A stretch of 42,793 nucleotides of DNA from a virus (lineage: Duplodnaviria > Heunggongvirae > Uroviricota > Caudoviricetes). Position 1 is the stretch's first letter, and the number at the start of each line of letters is the position of its first letter. A program made the translations under genes and the position numbers. The notes under the pieces are model-generated. The model ran no database searches. It worked only from the letters and a program-made list of their open reading frames with translations, and had not been told where the DNA came from. The DNA lies in the IMG/VR virus record IMGVR_UViG_2667527787_000008; one strand, given 5' to 3'. Positions 17,496 to 27,043 of the stretch are shown here, one piece after another.

Positions 17496-18031
17496 TGGCT
17501 GACAGATCAAAGCTTAGCGCTGCGGTATTAGGTCTTATCCTCGCCGGTGCGTCAGCGCCCGTTATTCTCGATCAGTTCCTGAATGAGAAGGAAGGCAACA
17601 GCCTGATTGCTTATCAGGACGGTGGCGGCGTCTGGACTATTTGCCGCGGCGCCACGCTGGTAGATGGTAAACCAGTTCGCCAGGGCATGAAGCTGACGCA
17701 GGCCAAATGTGACCAGGTGAATGCCGTTGAGCGAAATAAAGCGCTGGCCTGGGTTGAACGCAATATCAGGGTGCCGCTGACCGAACCGCAAAAGGCCGGA
17801 ATAGCTTCTTTCTGCCCGTATAACATCGGGCCCGGTAAGTGCTTCCCCTCGACGTTCTATAAGCGCATCAATGCCGGTGACCGTAAAGGGGCATGCGAAG
17901 CGATCCGCTGGTGGATAAAAGATGGCGGCCGGGATTGCCGGCTAACCAAGGGGCAGAAGAACGGATGCTTCGGTCAGGTGGAACGCCGCGACCAAGAAAG
18001 CGCGTTGGCATGCTGGGGGCTCGATAAATGA
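17495..18031 (+). CDS. SAR endolysin (lysozyme with N-terminal signal-arrest-release domain)
   Basis: GTG start overlapping the holin stop; hydrophobic Gly/Ala-rich N-terminus then lysozyme-like domain; follows the pinholin as in phage 21/DLP12. Confidence 0.8.
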   Translation: MADRSKLSAAVLGLILAGASAPVILDQFLNEKEGNSLIAYQDGGGVWTICRGATLVDGKPVRQGMKLTQAKCDQVNAVERNKALAWVERNIRVPLTEPQKAGIASFCPYNIGPGKCFPSTFYKRINAGDRKGACEAIRWWIKDGGRDCRLTKGQKNGCFGQVERRDQESALACWGLDK

Positions 18032-18420
18032 AAGCTCGTCACATCATTGCGATTGCCATATTCCTCCTTTGCCTGTTCGGCGGGGCGTGCTGGTCGGCAT
18101 GGTATTACAGCGACAAAGCCAGTAGCGAAAAGGAGCGGGCCGATAGCGCAGAACAGCAGGCTGAGACCGCGAATGCTGTCACCGCGAACGTGATTCGGGC
18201 CGTGAGTATCATCAACGCCATTTCAGAGGCGAACCAGAATGCAAAGAACAAGATCGCACTGGAGTCACAGAGAGCCCAGGCAGATATCAAAGTGGCTGTT
18301 GCGGATGATGATTGCGCTCGTCGGCCTGTGCCTGCTGCAGCTGCTAACCGGCTGCGGGAATACGCGGACAGTTTACGTGCAGGCGCCGGTGGTGCCCCTG
18401 CCGGCGAACCTGACAGCTGA
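18028..18420 (+). CDS. Rz-like inner-membrane spanin
   Basis: 130 aa, N-terminal TM helix, coiled-coil periplasmic domain; start overlaps the endolysin stop. Confidence 0.7.
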   Translation: MKARHIIAIAIFLLCLFGGACWSAWYYSDKASSEKERADSAEQQAETANAVTANVIRAVSIINAISEANQNAKNKIALESQRAQADIKVAVADDDCARRPVPAAAANRLREYADSLRAGAGGAPAGEPDS

Positions 18421-18568
18421 AACACCACAGCCTGCCATTCCCGAGCCGCTGACCTACGGGGACAGTCTGGATCTGAATGTCAGTCTGCTATCGGCGCTGG
18501 GGCAATGCAATCGGGATAAGGCTGATATATGGAAGGTTGAACTTTCACGCACATCTCATTTTAAATAA
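18305..18568 (+). CDS. Rz1-like outer-membrane lipoprotein spanin (overlapped in the +1 frame of Rz)
   Basis: Lipobox LLTGC then proline-rich mature peptide; begins inside Rz and extends past its stop. Confidence 0.65.
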   Translation: MMIALVGLCLLQLLTGCGNTRTVYVQAPVVPLPANLTAETPQPAIPEPLTYGDSLDLNVSLLSALGQCNRDKADIWKVELSRTSHFK

Positions 18569-18749
18569 CAATATTTGCGAAAGTTACCCGTTTCGCTATC
18601 ATAAAAAATGTTAACCCACGGAAAGTTCAAGGAGGTCTTTTTGACCCAGTTTTTGGACTTCCCCTTAAGCAACCGTTGATCGTGACGTCAGGGTTCCTGA
18701 GCCAGGGGTAACAGAAATCGAGAGGATAGTGCGAAGGGAGAATTCCGAG

Positions 18750-18932
18750 ATGGATGACCATCTTGAGATTTTTACCACCCGCGTCTGGGACGTTGGAGTC
18801 TCCCGCCTTTCAGGTCACGCTGTTGGGTCAATTCATGAAAAGCCAAGGGGCTCAGGTGACGCTGCTTGGTTTGGCCCCGAAATGTCCGTCGCGTCATTAG
18901 GGATAACTGAACCTTGTAGTAATTCGCATTAG
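18750..18932 (+). CDS. Possible small ORF (60 aa) in the lysis-packaging intergenic region
   Basis: ATG with GGGAGA ribosome-binding site within track ORF 18729..18932; terminator 20 nt downstream; coding character weak. Confidence 0.2.
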   Translation: MDDHLEIFTTRVWDVGVSRLSGHAVGSIHEKPRGSGDAAWFGPEMSVASLGITEPCSNSH

Positions 18933-18951
18933 CTTGGCCTTCCTTTCACCT

Positions 18952-18976
18952 ACAAACCGCCTACGGGCGGTTTTTT
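18952..18976 (+). terminator. Rho-independent terminator
   Basis: AACCGCC-TACG-GGCGGTT followed by TTTTT. Confidence 0.5.
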
Positions 18977-19067
18977 AGTGTCAACGCTATGGACAAACTC
19001 ATCTTTATGGCTACATCCCCCGGAGGGGATGCGTAAAAGGCTTAAGAAAAATGATTTTGAAAAATGC

Positions 19068-19328
19068 TTATTGTGCTCTGCCTAGTAGAGCAGCGACTCT
19101 CTCGTTTAATTTTTCTAGGTATCCATCTTTAGCGGGAATGTCGAATTCGATGGGGTCGGCCTTAGAAACCCCTTCTAAATAAACATCTCCGAGGTGAGTT
19201 TCTTTCCCCACAACTCCGTTTAAAGCCGTTGATAATACAGCAATAGCAACACGAGAAGCGTGGCTGTGTAACTGTAACTCTTCAACCAAATCCTCAAGAT
19301 GGGCAATTCTTTTTTCTACATCTGACAT
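19068..19328 (-). CDS. Hypothetical antisense moron protein (86 aa)
   Basis: Minus-strand ORF between the lysis and packaging modules; N-terminal coiled-coil-like segment; lower GC than flanks. Confidence 0.45.
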   Translation of the reverse strand: MSDVEKRIAHLEDLVEELQLHSHASRVAIAVLSTALNGVVGKETHLGDVYLEGVSKADPIEFDIPAKDGYLEKLNERVAALLGRAQ

Positions 19329-19464
19329 AGTCGTTCCTTTGCATCAAAGTTCTTAGGGTTGAAACATGACACTTGTATAGAAGCAAAATAATTTTTGCCG
19401 CTAATACTTCGTCATTTTCAATGGTTACTATCGCCTCGTTTATTGGAATATTCCAGAGAGTTTT

Positions 19465-20172
19465 ATGGCAAAACCGGACTGGGGAAGCCTCCAAAGACGG
19501 TTCCTCGCCGAGCATGCCAAAACAGGTATATCGCCGAAAGAATGGTGCGAAGCGCAGGGACTGAATTATACATCTGCGCGCAGGTACATCAAAAAGCCTG
19601 CTGCGCAAAAAACTGCGCAAAAGGATGTGCGCAAAACTGCGCAAAGCCAGATGCCGCATGTAGTAGTGGTTGAAGCCTCTACGCCAGTTGAGGGCGATAC
19701 TGCGCAGGAAAACGCAGGCATCCTTAAACCACAGCATGAGCAGTTTGCGCAGAACATCGCGCGGGGCATGCCGCAGAAAGAGGCGGCGATATGCGCGGGC
19801 TATTCGCCTTCACGCGCTGATTCCCAGGCATCGATACTTTTCAAACGCCCGGATGTGCGCAGGCGCATCAGAGAGCTGCGTCAGGATGCCGCTCTGCTCG
19901 TATCATTCGACGCGAAAGACCTGGCTGAACTCTCCTACAAATCGGCGAAAGCCGCGCTGGACGCTGAGAAGTTTGGGCAGGTAGCCCCGAACATCAAAAA
20001 CGCCGCGCAGCTCACCGGCATCGACATGAGCAACAAAACGGAAGTGAATGTCGATCTGGCTGGCCTGAGTTACGGAAAGGTCTGCATCGTCACGCCGTCG
20101 AACTGCCCGCCTGAAGCGTGGGCAGCGCACATGGATAAGCTGCGCGAGGGAAAGCAGACAGCCCAACAATAA
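19465..20172 (+). CDS. Terminase small subunit
   Basis: 235 aa; N-terminal HTH-like region and motif [47 protein letters not shown] typical of small terminase subunits; directly upstream of the large subunit. Confidence 0.7.
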   Translation: MAKPDWGSLQRRFLAEHAKTGISPKEWCEAQGLNYTSARRYIKKPAAQKTAQKDVRKTAQSQMPHVVVVEASTPVEGDTAQENAGILKPQHEQFAQNIARGMPQKEAAICAGYSPSRADSQASILFKRPDVRRRIRELRQDAALLVSFDAKDLAELSYKSAKAALDAEKFGQVAPNIKNAAQLTGIDMSNKTEVNVDLAGLSYGKVCIVTPSNCPPEAWAAHMDKLREGKQTAQQ

Positions 20173-20207
20173 TCGATGGTGTCCTGTACTCATTCAGTAG
20201 CGACTGG

Positions 20208-21413
20208 GTGCTCGGGACGCTGTACGACGCACCGATAGGCTCTGTCCGCTGGCGCTGGACGTATGGCGGTCGTGGTGGCGGCAAATCGGTAGAGATTGCC
20301 CGCGCGCTGGTATTGTTGGGCGCTATCGAGCCAATGATCATCCTGTGCGCTCGTGAGTTCCAGAACTCTATCAACGATTCGGTACTGGCACTGCTGGACG
20401 CTGAAATCCACTCGCTTGGCCTGGCGCACTTCTACAAGGTCAAGAACAACGAGATAGAGGGCAGCAACGGCACGCGGTTTACCTTCAAAGGTCTGCGCAA
20501 CAACATCCAGAGCATTAAGTCGATGCACGGCATCAAAATATGCTGGGTAGAGGAAGCGCAAACCGTATCGCAGGATAGCTGGGACATCCTCGGTCCGACC
20601 GTTCGCGCCAATAAATCCGAAGTGTGGGTGTCGTTCAACCCGCGCGAAGCTACCGACCCGACCTACGCCATGATGGAGCGGCACCGCGCCGATCCCCCTG
20701 ATGGCGGAGCGATTATTACCTGCGTCAACTACTGCGATAACGCATTCTTCCCTGACGTGCTCAGGCACGAGATGGAATACTGCAAGCGTATCGACTTCGA
20801 GGCTTACGAGCATATCTGGCTGGGGCTGCCGAAGGCGCTCAGTGAGGCCGTTATCTTCTCCGGCAAGTACCGGGTTGAGGCATTCTCTGACGACCTGTGG
20901 AAAGAAGCCGATCGCCTGTTTTATGGGGCTGACTTCGGTTTCGCCAACGACCCATCCACTCTGGTCCGTTGCTTCATTATCGGCACCCGATTGTACATCG
21001 AGTACGAAGCCTACGGCGTCGGCGTCGAGCTGGACGAAATGGCGCAGTTCTATGACTCCATCCCGGAATCCAGAAAATGGCCCATTCACGGCGACTGCAG
21101 CCGGCCGGAGACCATCAGTTATCTTTCGCGTCAGGGCTTCATCATCGACGGCGCTACCAAATGGCCGGGGAGCGTTGAGGACGGCATTACCTACCTGAAA
21201 GGGTTCGAAGAAATCATCATCCATGAGCGCTGTAAGCACATGGTCGATGAGGCGCGCCTTTACTCCTACAAAACCGACCGCATGACCGGCGAAGTGCTGC
21301 CGGTTGTCGTGGATAAGCATAACCACCTGTGGGATGCCGTGCGCTACTCGCTGGATGGATACATCACAAGCGTTGGCGATCTCGGTGTCTGGGCCGCCCT
21401 GGGCAAACAATAA
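20208..21413 (+). CDS. Terminase large subunit
   Basis: 401 aa, GTG start; Walker A GGRGGGKS near the N-terminus; C-terminal nuclease-like region with conserved acidic residues. Confidence 0.85.
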   Translation: MLGTLYDAPIGSVRWRWTYGGRGGGKSVEIARALVLLGAIEPMIILCAREFQNSINDSVLALLDAEIHSLGLAHFYKVKNNEIEGSNGTRFTFKGLRNNIQSIKSMHGIKICWVEEAQTVSQDSWDILGPTVRANKSEVWVSFNPREATDPTYAMMERHRADPPDGGAIITCVNYCDNAFFPDVLRHEMEYCKRIDFEAYEHIWLGLPKALSEAVIFSGKYRVEAFSDDLWKEADRLFYGADFGFANDPSTLVRCFIIGTRLYIEYEAYGVGVELDEMAQFYDSIPESRKWPIHGDCSRPETISYLSRQGFIIDGATKWPGSVEDGITYLKGFEEIIIHERCKHMVDEARLYSYKTDRMTGEVLPVVVDKHNHLWDAVRYSLDGYITSVGDLGVWAALGKQ

Positions 21414-21425
21414 TAGTGAGGGGAT

Positions 21426-22904
21426 ATGTCCCGAAAGAAACGCCAGAGCGGCGCACAAAAGCCCGTCCGGACTGGTGACGGGTACAACAACTTCGCGGCT
21501 AAGCTCGGCGGCTATACATCCAACATCCAGAGCGGTGGGAGCTATCAGCCTGGCTATATCTCGCGTAACCGCGTACAGCTGGAATTTGCGTATCGTTCAT
21601 CGTTTTTGGTGGGCGCCGGTGTAGACGCTATGGCCGATGATATGACCCGCAAGGGCATAAACATCAGTTCCAAGCTCGAGCCCGGACAGAAGGGTAAATT
21701 TGAGATGTTCTGGGATGACATTGCCATCTGGGACGGACTGAACGACACCCTGAAGTGGTCCCGGCTGTACGGCGGCGCGCTGCTGGTGGTGCTGCTGGAA
21801 GGGCAGGACATGTCCACTCCGCTGAAGCTCGACCGCATCAAAGAGGGTCAGTTCAAGGGGGTGATGTGCCTCGACCGCTGGCAGGTAACCCCGAGCTATT
21901 ACGACCTGGTGACCGATTACGGCCCGGAGTTCGGCAAGCCGAAGTACTACAAGGTGGTGACCAACCAGCAGGGGATCCCCCCGTGGAAGATTCACCACAG
22001 CCGCATTATCCGCATGGAAGGTGACACACTGCCATTCCAGCAGGCGCAGACCGAGAACGGCTGGGGAATGTCGGTAGTCGAGCGTATCTACGAGCGCATT
22101 CAGGCGTTCGATACCGCAACCGTCGGCACTACACAGCTGATTCACAAGGCGCACCTGCGTACCTACAGCATTGACGGATTGCGTAAGATTCTGGCCACTG
22201 GCGGCACGCTGGAAGATGGTCTGATGAAGCACATGGACATGATCCGTGAGTTCCAGACCATAGAAGGCATGACCATCATGGATAAGTCGGACGAGTTCCA
22301 GACCCACAGTTACTCGTTCGCCGGGATCGCTGATGTCATCCTGCGCTTTGCTGAGCAGGTATCCGGCGCAACTGGGATCCCGCTGGTGCGCCTGTTCGGG
22401 CAGTCACCATCCGGATTCAGCACCGGCGACGGGGATCTGGAGAACTACTACAGCCGCGTTAACTCGCTGCAGGAGCGCCGCCTGCGCCGACACATCCGCT
22501 GGCTGCTGGATATCTCCTGGCGCTCCCTGTTCGGACAGCCCCTGCCGGAAGACTTCACCTTCGAGTTCAACAAGCTCTGGGAGATGTCGGACACTGACCG
22601 GGCGACAATGGCCAGCAACGTGGCCACCGCCCTGGCGACTGCCGTGCGCGACATCGGTATGCCGCAGCATGCCGCGCTGAACGACCTGCGCAACCTGTCC
22701 GACATCATCGGTATCGGCGGCTCTATCACCGACAAGGATATTGAAGATGCCAAAGCAGAATGGGAGGAGGCTGAATCTGAAACCGAACCTCCGCCGCAAA
22801 TCGGAGCGCCAGTATCAGAAAAGTCTACAGGAGATAGCGCGTCAGTGCGGCGCGATAGTAACTGGCTCCTACGATGGTTCGGAAGCGAGCGCCGAGCAGG
22901 TTAG
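21426..22904 (+). CDS. Portal protein
   Basis: 492 aa ORF immediately after the terminase large subunit; acidic C-terminal tail; C-terminal 55 aa overlap the next gene and may be an artefact. Confidence 0.7.
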   Translation: MSRKKRQSGAQKPVRTGDGYNNFAAKLGGYTSNIQSGGSYQPGYISRNRVQLEFAYRSSFLVGAGVDAMADDMTRKGINISSKLEPGQKGKFEMFWDDIAIWDGLNDTLKWSRLYGGALLVVLLEGQDMSTPLKLDRIKEGQFKGVMCLDRWQVTPSYYDLVTDYGPEFGKPKYYKVVTNQQGIPPWKIHHSRIIRMEGDTLPFQQAQTENGWGMSVVERIYERIQAFDTATVGTTQLIHKAHLRTYSIDGLRKILATGGTLEDGLMKHMDMIREFQTIEGMTIMDKSDEFQTHSYSFAGIADVILRFAEQVSGATGIPLVRLFGQSPSGFSTGDGDLENYYSRVNSLQERRLRRHIRWLLDISWRSLFGQPLPEDFTFEFNKLWEMSDTDRATMASNVATALATAVRDIGMPQHAALNDLRNLSDIIGIGGSITDKDIEDAKAEWEEAESETEPPPQIGAPVSEKSTGDSASVRRDSNWLLRWFGSERRAG

Positions 22905-23498
22905 CGCCCGGCTGATAGATTACTCGCTGCTGATTGACGACTGGGCCGACCGGGTAGCCAAACGCATGTTCCTGCAGGTTGAGCAGGAGGAGTGGAACCA
23001 GTGGCGCTCTGTGTCGCAGGAAATCTCTGAGGGGCTGCGGGATGTTGTCGGCAATACGCCGGTGGGGTTCGTGGCTCAGGACATCGTATCCCGCAGGTGC
23101 AGCTGATTAAATCTCTTCCGCTGGAAGCTGCCGACCGCGTTCGTGACATCCAGGAGCGCGCAATGGAAGCCGTCATAAACGGTGAGCGCCCCGACGCGCT
23201 CTATCGGATGATTATGGAGTCCGGCGACGTGGCAGAGAGCCGCGCGAAGATGATCGCCCGCACCGAAATCGGCCGGGCCACGACAGCGCTCACCCAGGCG
23301 CGCGCTGAGTCGATTGGCTCTGAGGGCTACTGGTGGCGCATCGAAGGGGCCGGAACGCGCGATTCACATCGCTGGATGAAAGATAAGTTTGTGCGCTGGG
23401 ATAACCCGCCGACGCTGGACGGTATGACCGGGCACGCCGGGTGCCTGCCGAACTGCAAATGCTGGCCGGAAGTGCAGGTGCCAAATCCCAGGAAATAA
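22741..23498 (+). pseudogene. Mu F-like head morphogenesis protein split by a -1 frameshift (pseudogene or sequencing error)
   Basis: Track ORFs 22741..23106 and 23097..23498 lie in frames differing by -1; the second carries the Mu F-type motif RAKMIARTEIGRATT...GYWWRIEGAGTRDSHRWMKDKFVRWDNPP...HAGCLPNCKCWPE. Confidence 0.5.
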
Positions 23499-23507
23499 AA
23501 AAGCCAT

Positions 23508-23526
23508 CACAAGGATGGCTGGGAGG
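23508..23526 (-). terminator. Rho-independent terminator for the antisense moron
   Basis: Hairpin AGCCATC-ACAAG-GATGGCT followed on the minus strand by UUUUUUAUUU. Confidence 0.45.
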
Positions 23527-23535
23527 GAGGCTTTC

Positions 23536-23733
23536 TCAATCTACATAAACCCTGAATTGAGCTGAATTACCCTCTACGGCATCAATGCGAGCGTTCACCC
23601 CGAGCGCTGCAAGTTGGTCTTTGATTTTGGTGTAACGCTCGCCCTCAACATAGTCATTGTTGAGGCCAGTGGTGCGTGACCACTCATCTGCCATGCGATC
23701 CATCTTCGCTAACAATTCTGCTTTAGTGCTCAT
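23536..23733 (-). CDS. Hypothetical antisense moron protein (65 aa) inside the head module
   Basis: ATG at 23733 with strong AAGGAG ribosome-binding site; own terminator; MSTKAELLAKMDRMADEWSRTTGLNNDYVEGERYTKIKDQLAALGVNARIDAVEGNSAQFRVYVD. Confidence 0.5.
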   Translation of the reverse strand: MSTKAELLAKMDRMADEWSRTTGLNNDYVEGERYTKIKDQLAALGVNARIDAVEGNSAQFRVYVD

Positions 23734-23851
23734 TTCAAAACTCCTTTTGGTGGTGGGAATCAATGTTCATGTTTTCACTATCGAATTTAGAGTGTCAAGG
23801 CCGAAAATTAGTGGTGAAGAGCTCGTGCTAAAGCATTAGATAAACCCCAGT

Positions 23852-23876
23852 GGCCGCTACTGCGCGGCCTTTTTAC
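23852..23876 (+). terminator. Putative intrinsic terminator upstream of the scaffold gene
   Basis: Hairpin GGCCGC-TACTGC-GCGGCC followed by TTTTT. Confidence 0.4.
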
Positions 23877-23900
23877 TGCCCGCAATTCAGCAGGTAACCC

Positions 23901-25154
23901 ATGAAATACTTCTTCATTACCCGCCTTGGCGAAACGCGCTACCAGCTGGCGGACGGCTCCCTGCTGTGCAAAGACGTCCCGATCGCCCGCACCGGCACGC
24001 AAACCTATCTTCCCGAAGAAATCGGCCTTGAGCCTGGCGCAGATGGGCTGGTGGTCATCTATCGCACCGAGGACGAGGTTTTCTCTCCAGAGACTATGGC
24101 GAGCTTCGAGGGCATGGCGGTAACGCTGGATCACCCGGAAGACGGCGAAGGCAACATCGTTTTCGTTAACCCGGCGAACTTCGCGGAGCTGGCCCATGGC
24201 CATATCCAGAACGTCCGCCGCGGCACCGGCGATAAAACCGACCTGTTGATCGCTGATGTGCTGGTGAAGCGGCAGGAAGGCATCGATGCGGTCAACGCTG
24301 GTAAAAACCAGGTCAGCTGTGGCTACGACGCCCAGTACGTGCAAATCGGCCCGGGCAAGGGCAAGCAAACAGAAATCACAGGAAACCATCTGGCCATCGT
24401 TGATAAGGGCCGGGCGGGCTCCCGCTGTGCAATCGGGGATTCGGCCCCATCAAAACCAAAGGAGAAGCCTGCAATGTCATGGCTGAAAAAACTGGCTCAG
24501 GCCATTAAGACGAAAGATGAGGACGCGCTGACGAAGCTCATCGATGAAGCGCCGGACATGCCATCTGACGGCATGGGTTCCATCCCCGGCGTAACCATCA
24601 ACATGAACGTGCCTTCACAGGCTACCGCGCTGCCAGCAGACCAGAAGACCACGGTCGATGAAGATACCGATCCGGAAAAGAAAACCGGTGATGAAGAGGC
24701 GCCCGCCTGGGCGCAGGCTCTGATTGCTCGACTCGATAAGCTGGAAGGCAAAACTGGCGATGCTGATCTGGACGACGAAACCAAAACCGGTGACGAAGAC
24801 GCGAAAGAGGATGCGAAGGTAACCGGCGATGCGGCCTATAAGCGCAACATCATCGGCGACGCAGAGATCATCTGCCCGGGCTTCCAGCCTGCCGGCGACA
24901 AAGGCCTGAAGCGTCAGGTACTCAACCAGGCGCTGCGCACAGGCGACAGCCTGAAGGCGTTTGGCATTTCCGACTTCGCCAAAGCGCCGAAGGCCACTGT
25001 CGATGCGGTGTTTAAGGCTGCAGTCGAGATCAGTAAGGCAAAGAACCGCATCACCCCGCCTTCAGGCAAACCAACTGGCGACCGCGCCCGCGGCCCAATG
25101 TCCCCGGCTGAGTTGAACAAAATCAACGCCGAATTCTGGAAACGTAACAAATAA
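23901..25154 (+). CDS. Putative head scaffolding / prohead maturation protein
   Basis: 417 aa; acidic, Lys/Asp-rich low-complexity C-terminal half typical of scaffold proteins; upstream of the capsid genes. Confidence 0.5.
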   Translation: MKYFFITRLGETRYQLADGSLLCKDVPIARTGTQTYLPEEIGLEPGADGLVVIYRTEDEVFSPETMASFEGMAVTLDHPEDGEGNIVFVNPANFAELAHGHIQNVRRGTGDKTDLLIADVLVKRQEGIDAVNAGKNQVSCGYDAQYVQIGPGKGKQTEITGNHLAIVDKGRAGSRCAIGDSAPSKPKEKPAMSWLKKLAQAIKTKDEDALTKLIDEAPDMPSDGMGSIPGVTINMNVPSQATALPADQKTTVDEDTDPEKKTGDEEAPAWAQALIARLDKLEGKTGDADLDDETKTGDEDAKEDAKVTGDAAYKRNIIGDAEIICPGFQPAGDKGLKRQVLNQALRTGDSLKAFGISDFAKAPKATVDAVFKAAVEISKAKNRITPPSGKPTGDRARGPMSPAELNKINAEFWKRNK

Positions 25155-25165
25155 GGTAACCAACA

Positions 25166-25684
25166 ATGGCTGGTAAAGCTTATCTAACTCGCATGGGGCT
25201 GGGCTTCCCTGGTGCCGTAACTCGCCCGCAGGACCTCACCGCAGAGCCGGTGATTCTCGATGCCGCTAAGCCATTCCCTTCGTATGGTCTGGCTGGCAAA
25301 AACCTCAACGGTAAATTTGTGCCGCTGGAAGCTGGTGATGATATCGACGATGTTGACGGTATCTTCATTCGCCCATACCCGACCACCAACCCGACCGACG
25401 CTCGCGCGCTGGGCATCACGAGCGGTTATACCGGCGATGCCCTCAAGCGCGGTTATATCGCCGTAGCGGTGCCAGCAGCACAGGCCGGTACCGCCAAGAA
25501 GGGCGACAAGGTTTATATCCGCGTTGCTGAGCCTACTGCCTCCAGTCCTCTTGGTTCAGTGGTGCTCAAGCCAGACGCTACCGCAGAAAACACCCCGGAG
25601 CTGACCATCGCCAAAGTGATGGGGCCGGGGGACAGCAGCGCCACCACCACCCACGGCAACGTTGAAATCGCCTACAACATCTAA
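25166..25684 (+). CDS. Putative head structural/decoration protein
   Basis: 172 aa ORF between the scaffold and major capsid genes. Confidence 0.4.
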   Translation: MAGKAYLTRMGLGFPGAVTRPQDLTAEPVILDAAKPFPSYGLAGKNLNGKFVPLEAGDDIDDVDGIFIRPYPTTNPTDARALGITSGYTGDALKRGYIAVAVPAAQAGTAKKGDKVYIRVAEPTASSPLGSVVLKPDATAENTPELTIAKVMGPGDSSATTTHGNVEIAYNI

Positions 25685-25695
25685 AGGAACGATGA

Positions 25696-26640
25696 ATGAT
25701 TACCATTGATAAGGCCACCGTAGACGCTGCTGGCGTATTCCTGGTCGGCGAACTTGAACGCCTCGACCAGACGCTCAACCTGCCGCTGGTTAGCTATAAG
25801 TGGTCGCGCGATATGCCTCTGCGTAGCGATGTTTCTATCGCCGACGAGCAGTCATCTTTCACCAACACCGATCTGGCAGCCGCTGGTGGTGTAAACCCGA
25901 ACGGTAAAAACTGGATAGGCAAAAACTCCACCGCGCTTCCGCAGACCAATCTCTATATCGAGAAGACCGCACAGCCGCTTAGCCTGTGGGGTATGGAGCT
26001 GGGCTGGACCTTGCCGGAACTGGCTTCAGCGCAGCAGGTTGGACGCCCAATCGACAGCCAAAAGTATGATGCCATGCAGCTGAAATGGAACATGGACATC
26101 GATGAGCAGGTTTATATCGGCGACAGCGACATGGGTATCACCGGCCTGTTGAACCTTTCCCAGGTAACGCCGATCAGCGCAGCCAAAGCGTGGGCCACCG
26201 CCAGCCCTGACGAAATCGTACAGGACTTTAACCTCATCCTCTCCCAGGCATGGGTGACTTCAGGTTACGCAATTTGCCCGAAAAAAGTCGGCCTGGCGCC
26301 GGAGTTATTCGGCCTGCTGGCAAGCAAGAAGGTTTCTGATGCGGGCAATATCTCCGTGCTGGAGTACGTGAAAGTTAACTGTATCGCGTTCCAGGAAAAC
26401 GGCGAACCGCTGGAAATCGTGTCCATGAAATGGGCATCCAAACGCGGCGCGGCTGGTGCACACCGCGTTGTAGCGTACACCCAGGATGAGAAATTCATTC
26501 GCTTCCCGCTGGTGCCGCTGCTGAATACCCCGCTGGAATACCGCGGCCTGTATCAGCTGACAACCTACTACGGCCGCCTGGGCCAGGTGGAAACCCCGTA
26601 CGGCAACACCATTGCCTACATGGACGTGCCTGCAGCTTAA
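25696..26640 (+). CDS. Major capsid protein
   Basis: 314 aa ORF at the canonical position after the scaffold, strong coding character. Confidence 0.65.
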   Translation: MITIDKATVDAAGVFLVGELERLDQTLNLPLVSYKWSRDMPLRSDVSIADEQSSFTNTDLAAAGGVNPNGKNWIGKNSTALPQTNLYIEKTAQPLSLWGMELGWTLPELASAQQVGRPIDSQKYDAMQLKWNMDIDEQVYIGDSDMGITGLLNLSQVTPISAAKAWATASPDEIVQDFNLILSQAWVTSGYAICPKKVGLAPELFGLLASKKVSDAGNISVLEYVKVNCIAFQENGEPLEIVSMKWASKRGAAGAHRVVAYTQDEKFIRFPLVPLLNTPLEYRGLYQLTTYYGRLGQVETPYGNTIAYMDVPAA

Positions 26641-26677
26641 CCCCTATGGCGGGGCAACCCGCCGTTCTGGAGAGAAC

Positions 26678-27043
26678 ATGAAATATCTCGTTAATACCGG
26701 GACCGTGCTGCGCTTTGCCGATGGTTCGCAGGTAGAACTTACCCCTGGCGTGCACAGCTTCGATAAGCGCGTTACCGAGCACTGGGCTTTTGGTGCGCAT
26801 GCGCAGGCCATCAGTGAAGAAGATCTGAAGCAGAGCCAGGGAGGCGAAGACCTCTCGCTTAAGATCTCGGCGCTGGAATCCACCATCGCCGGCCTGCAGC
26901 AGCAGGTGACGGATAAGGATGTCACTATCGCAGAGCAGTCAGACACCATCGCCGGCCTGCAGCAGCAGCTGGATGATCTGACTGAGAAGCTTGCATCACA
27001 GGAGGCTGGCAATGCCAAAAAACAGCCTTCTGCCAACAAGTGA
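26678..27043 (+). CDS. Hypothetical coiled-coil head-associated protein with internal repeat
   Basis: ATG at 26678 with GGAGA ribosome-binding site; duplicated segment TIAGLQQQ encoded by a 25 bp exact direct repeat. Confidence 0.45.
   Translation: MKYLVNTGTVLRFADGSQVELTPGVHSFDKRVTEHWAFGAHAQAISEEDLKQSQGGEDLSLKISALESTIAGLQQQVTDKDVTIAEQSDTIAGLQQQLDDLTEKLASQEAGNAKKQPSANK

Noticed and set aside
18600-18950. Possible tRNA or other structured RNA between lysis and packaging genes
   Set aside because: No cloverleaf with a T-loop-like GTTC motif in the right context could be folded by eye; kept only as an unannotated region in the findings
19294-19769. Minus-strand ORFs of 147 and 67 aa and a plus-strand 92 aa ORF
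   Set aside because: Overlap the better-supported moron gene and terminase small subunit; Cys/Arg-rich shadow-frame composition
20190-21458. 422 aa minus-strand ORF
   Set aside because: Antisense shadow ORF lying entirely within the terminase large subunit gene; GC-rich region lacking stops; no start context
21597-22307. 236 aa minus-strand ORF
   Set aside because: Antisense to the portal gene; composition typical of a GC-rich shadow frame
22333-22799. Alternative-frame ORFs inside the portal gene
   Set aside because: Arg/Cys/Ser-rich out-of-frame translations of a GC-rich coding region
26881-26968. 25 bp exact direct repeat as a possible mobile-element terminal repeat
   Set aside because: It is in frame inside a coiled-coil gene and encodes the duplicated peptide TIAGLQQQ; an internal gene duplication
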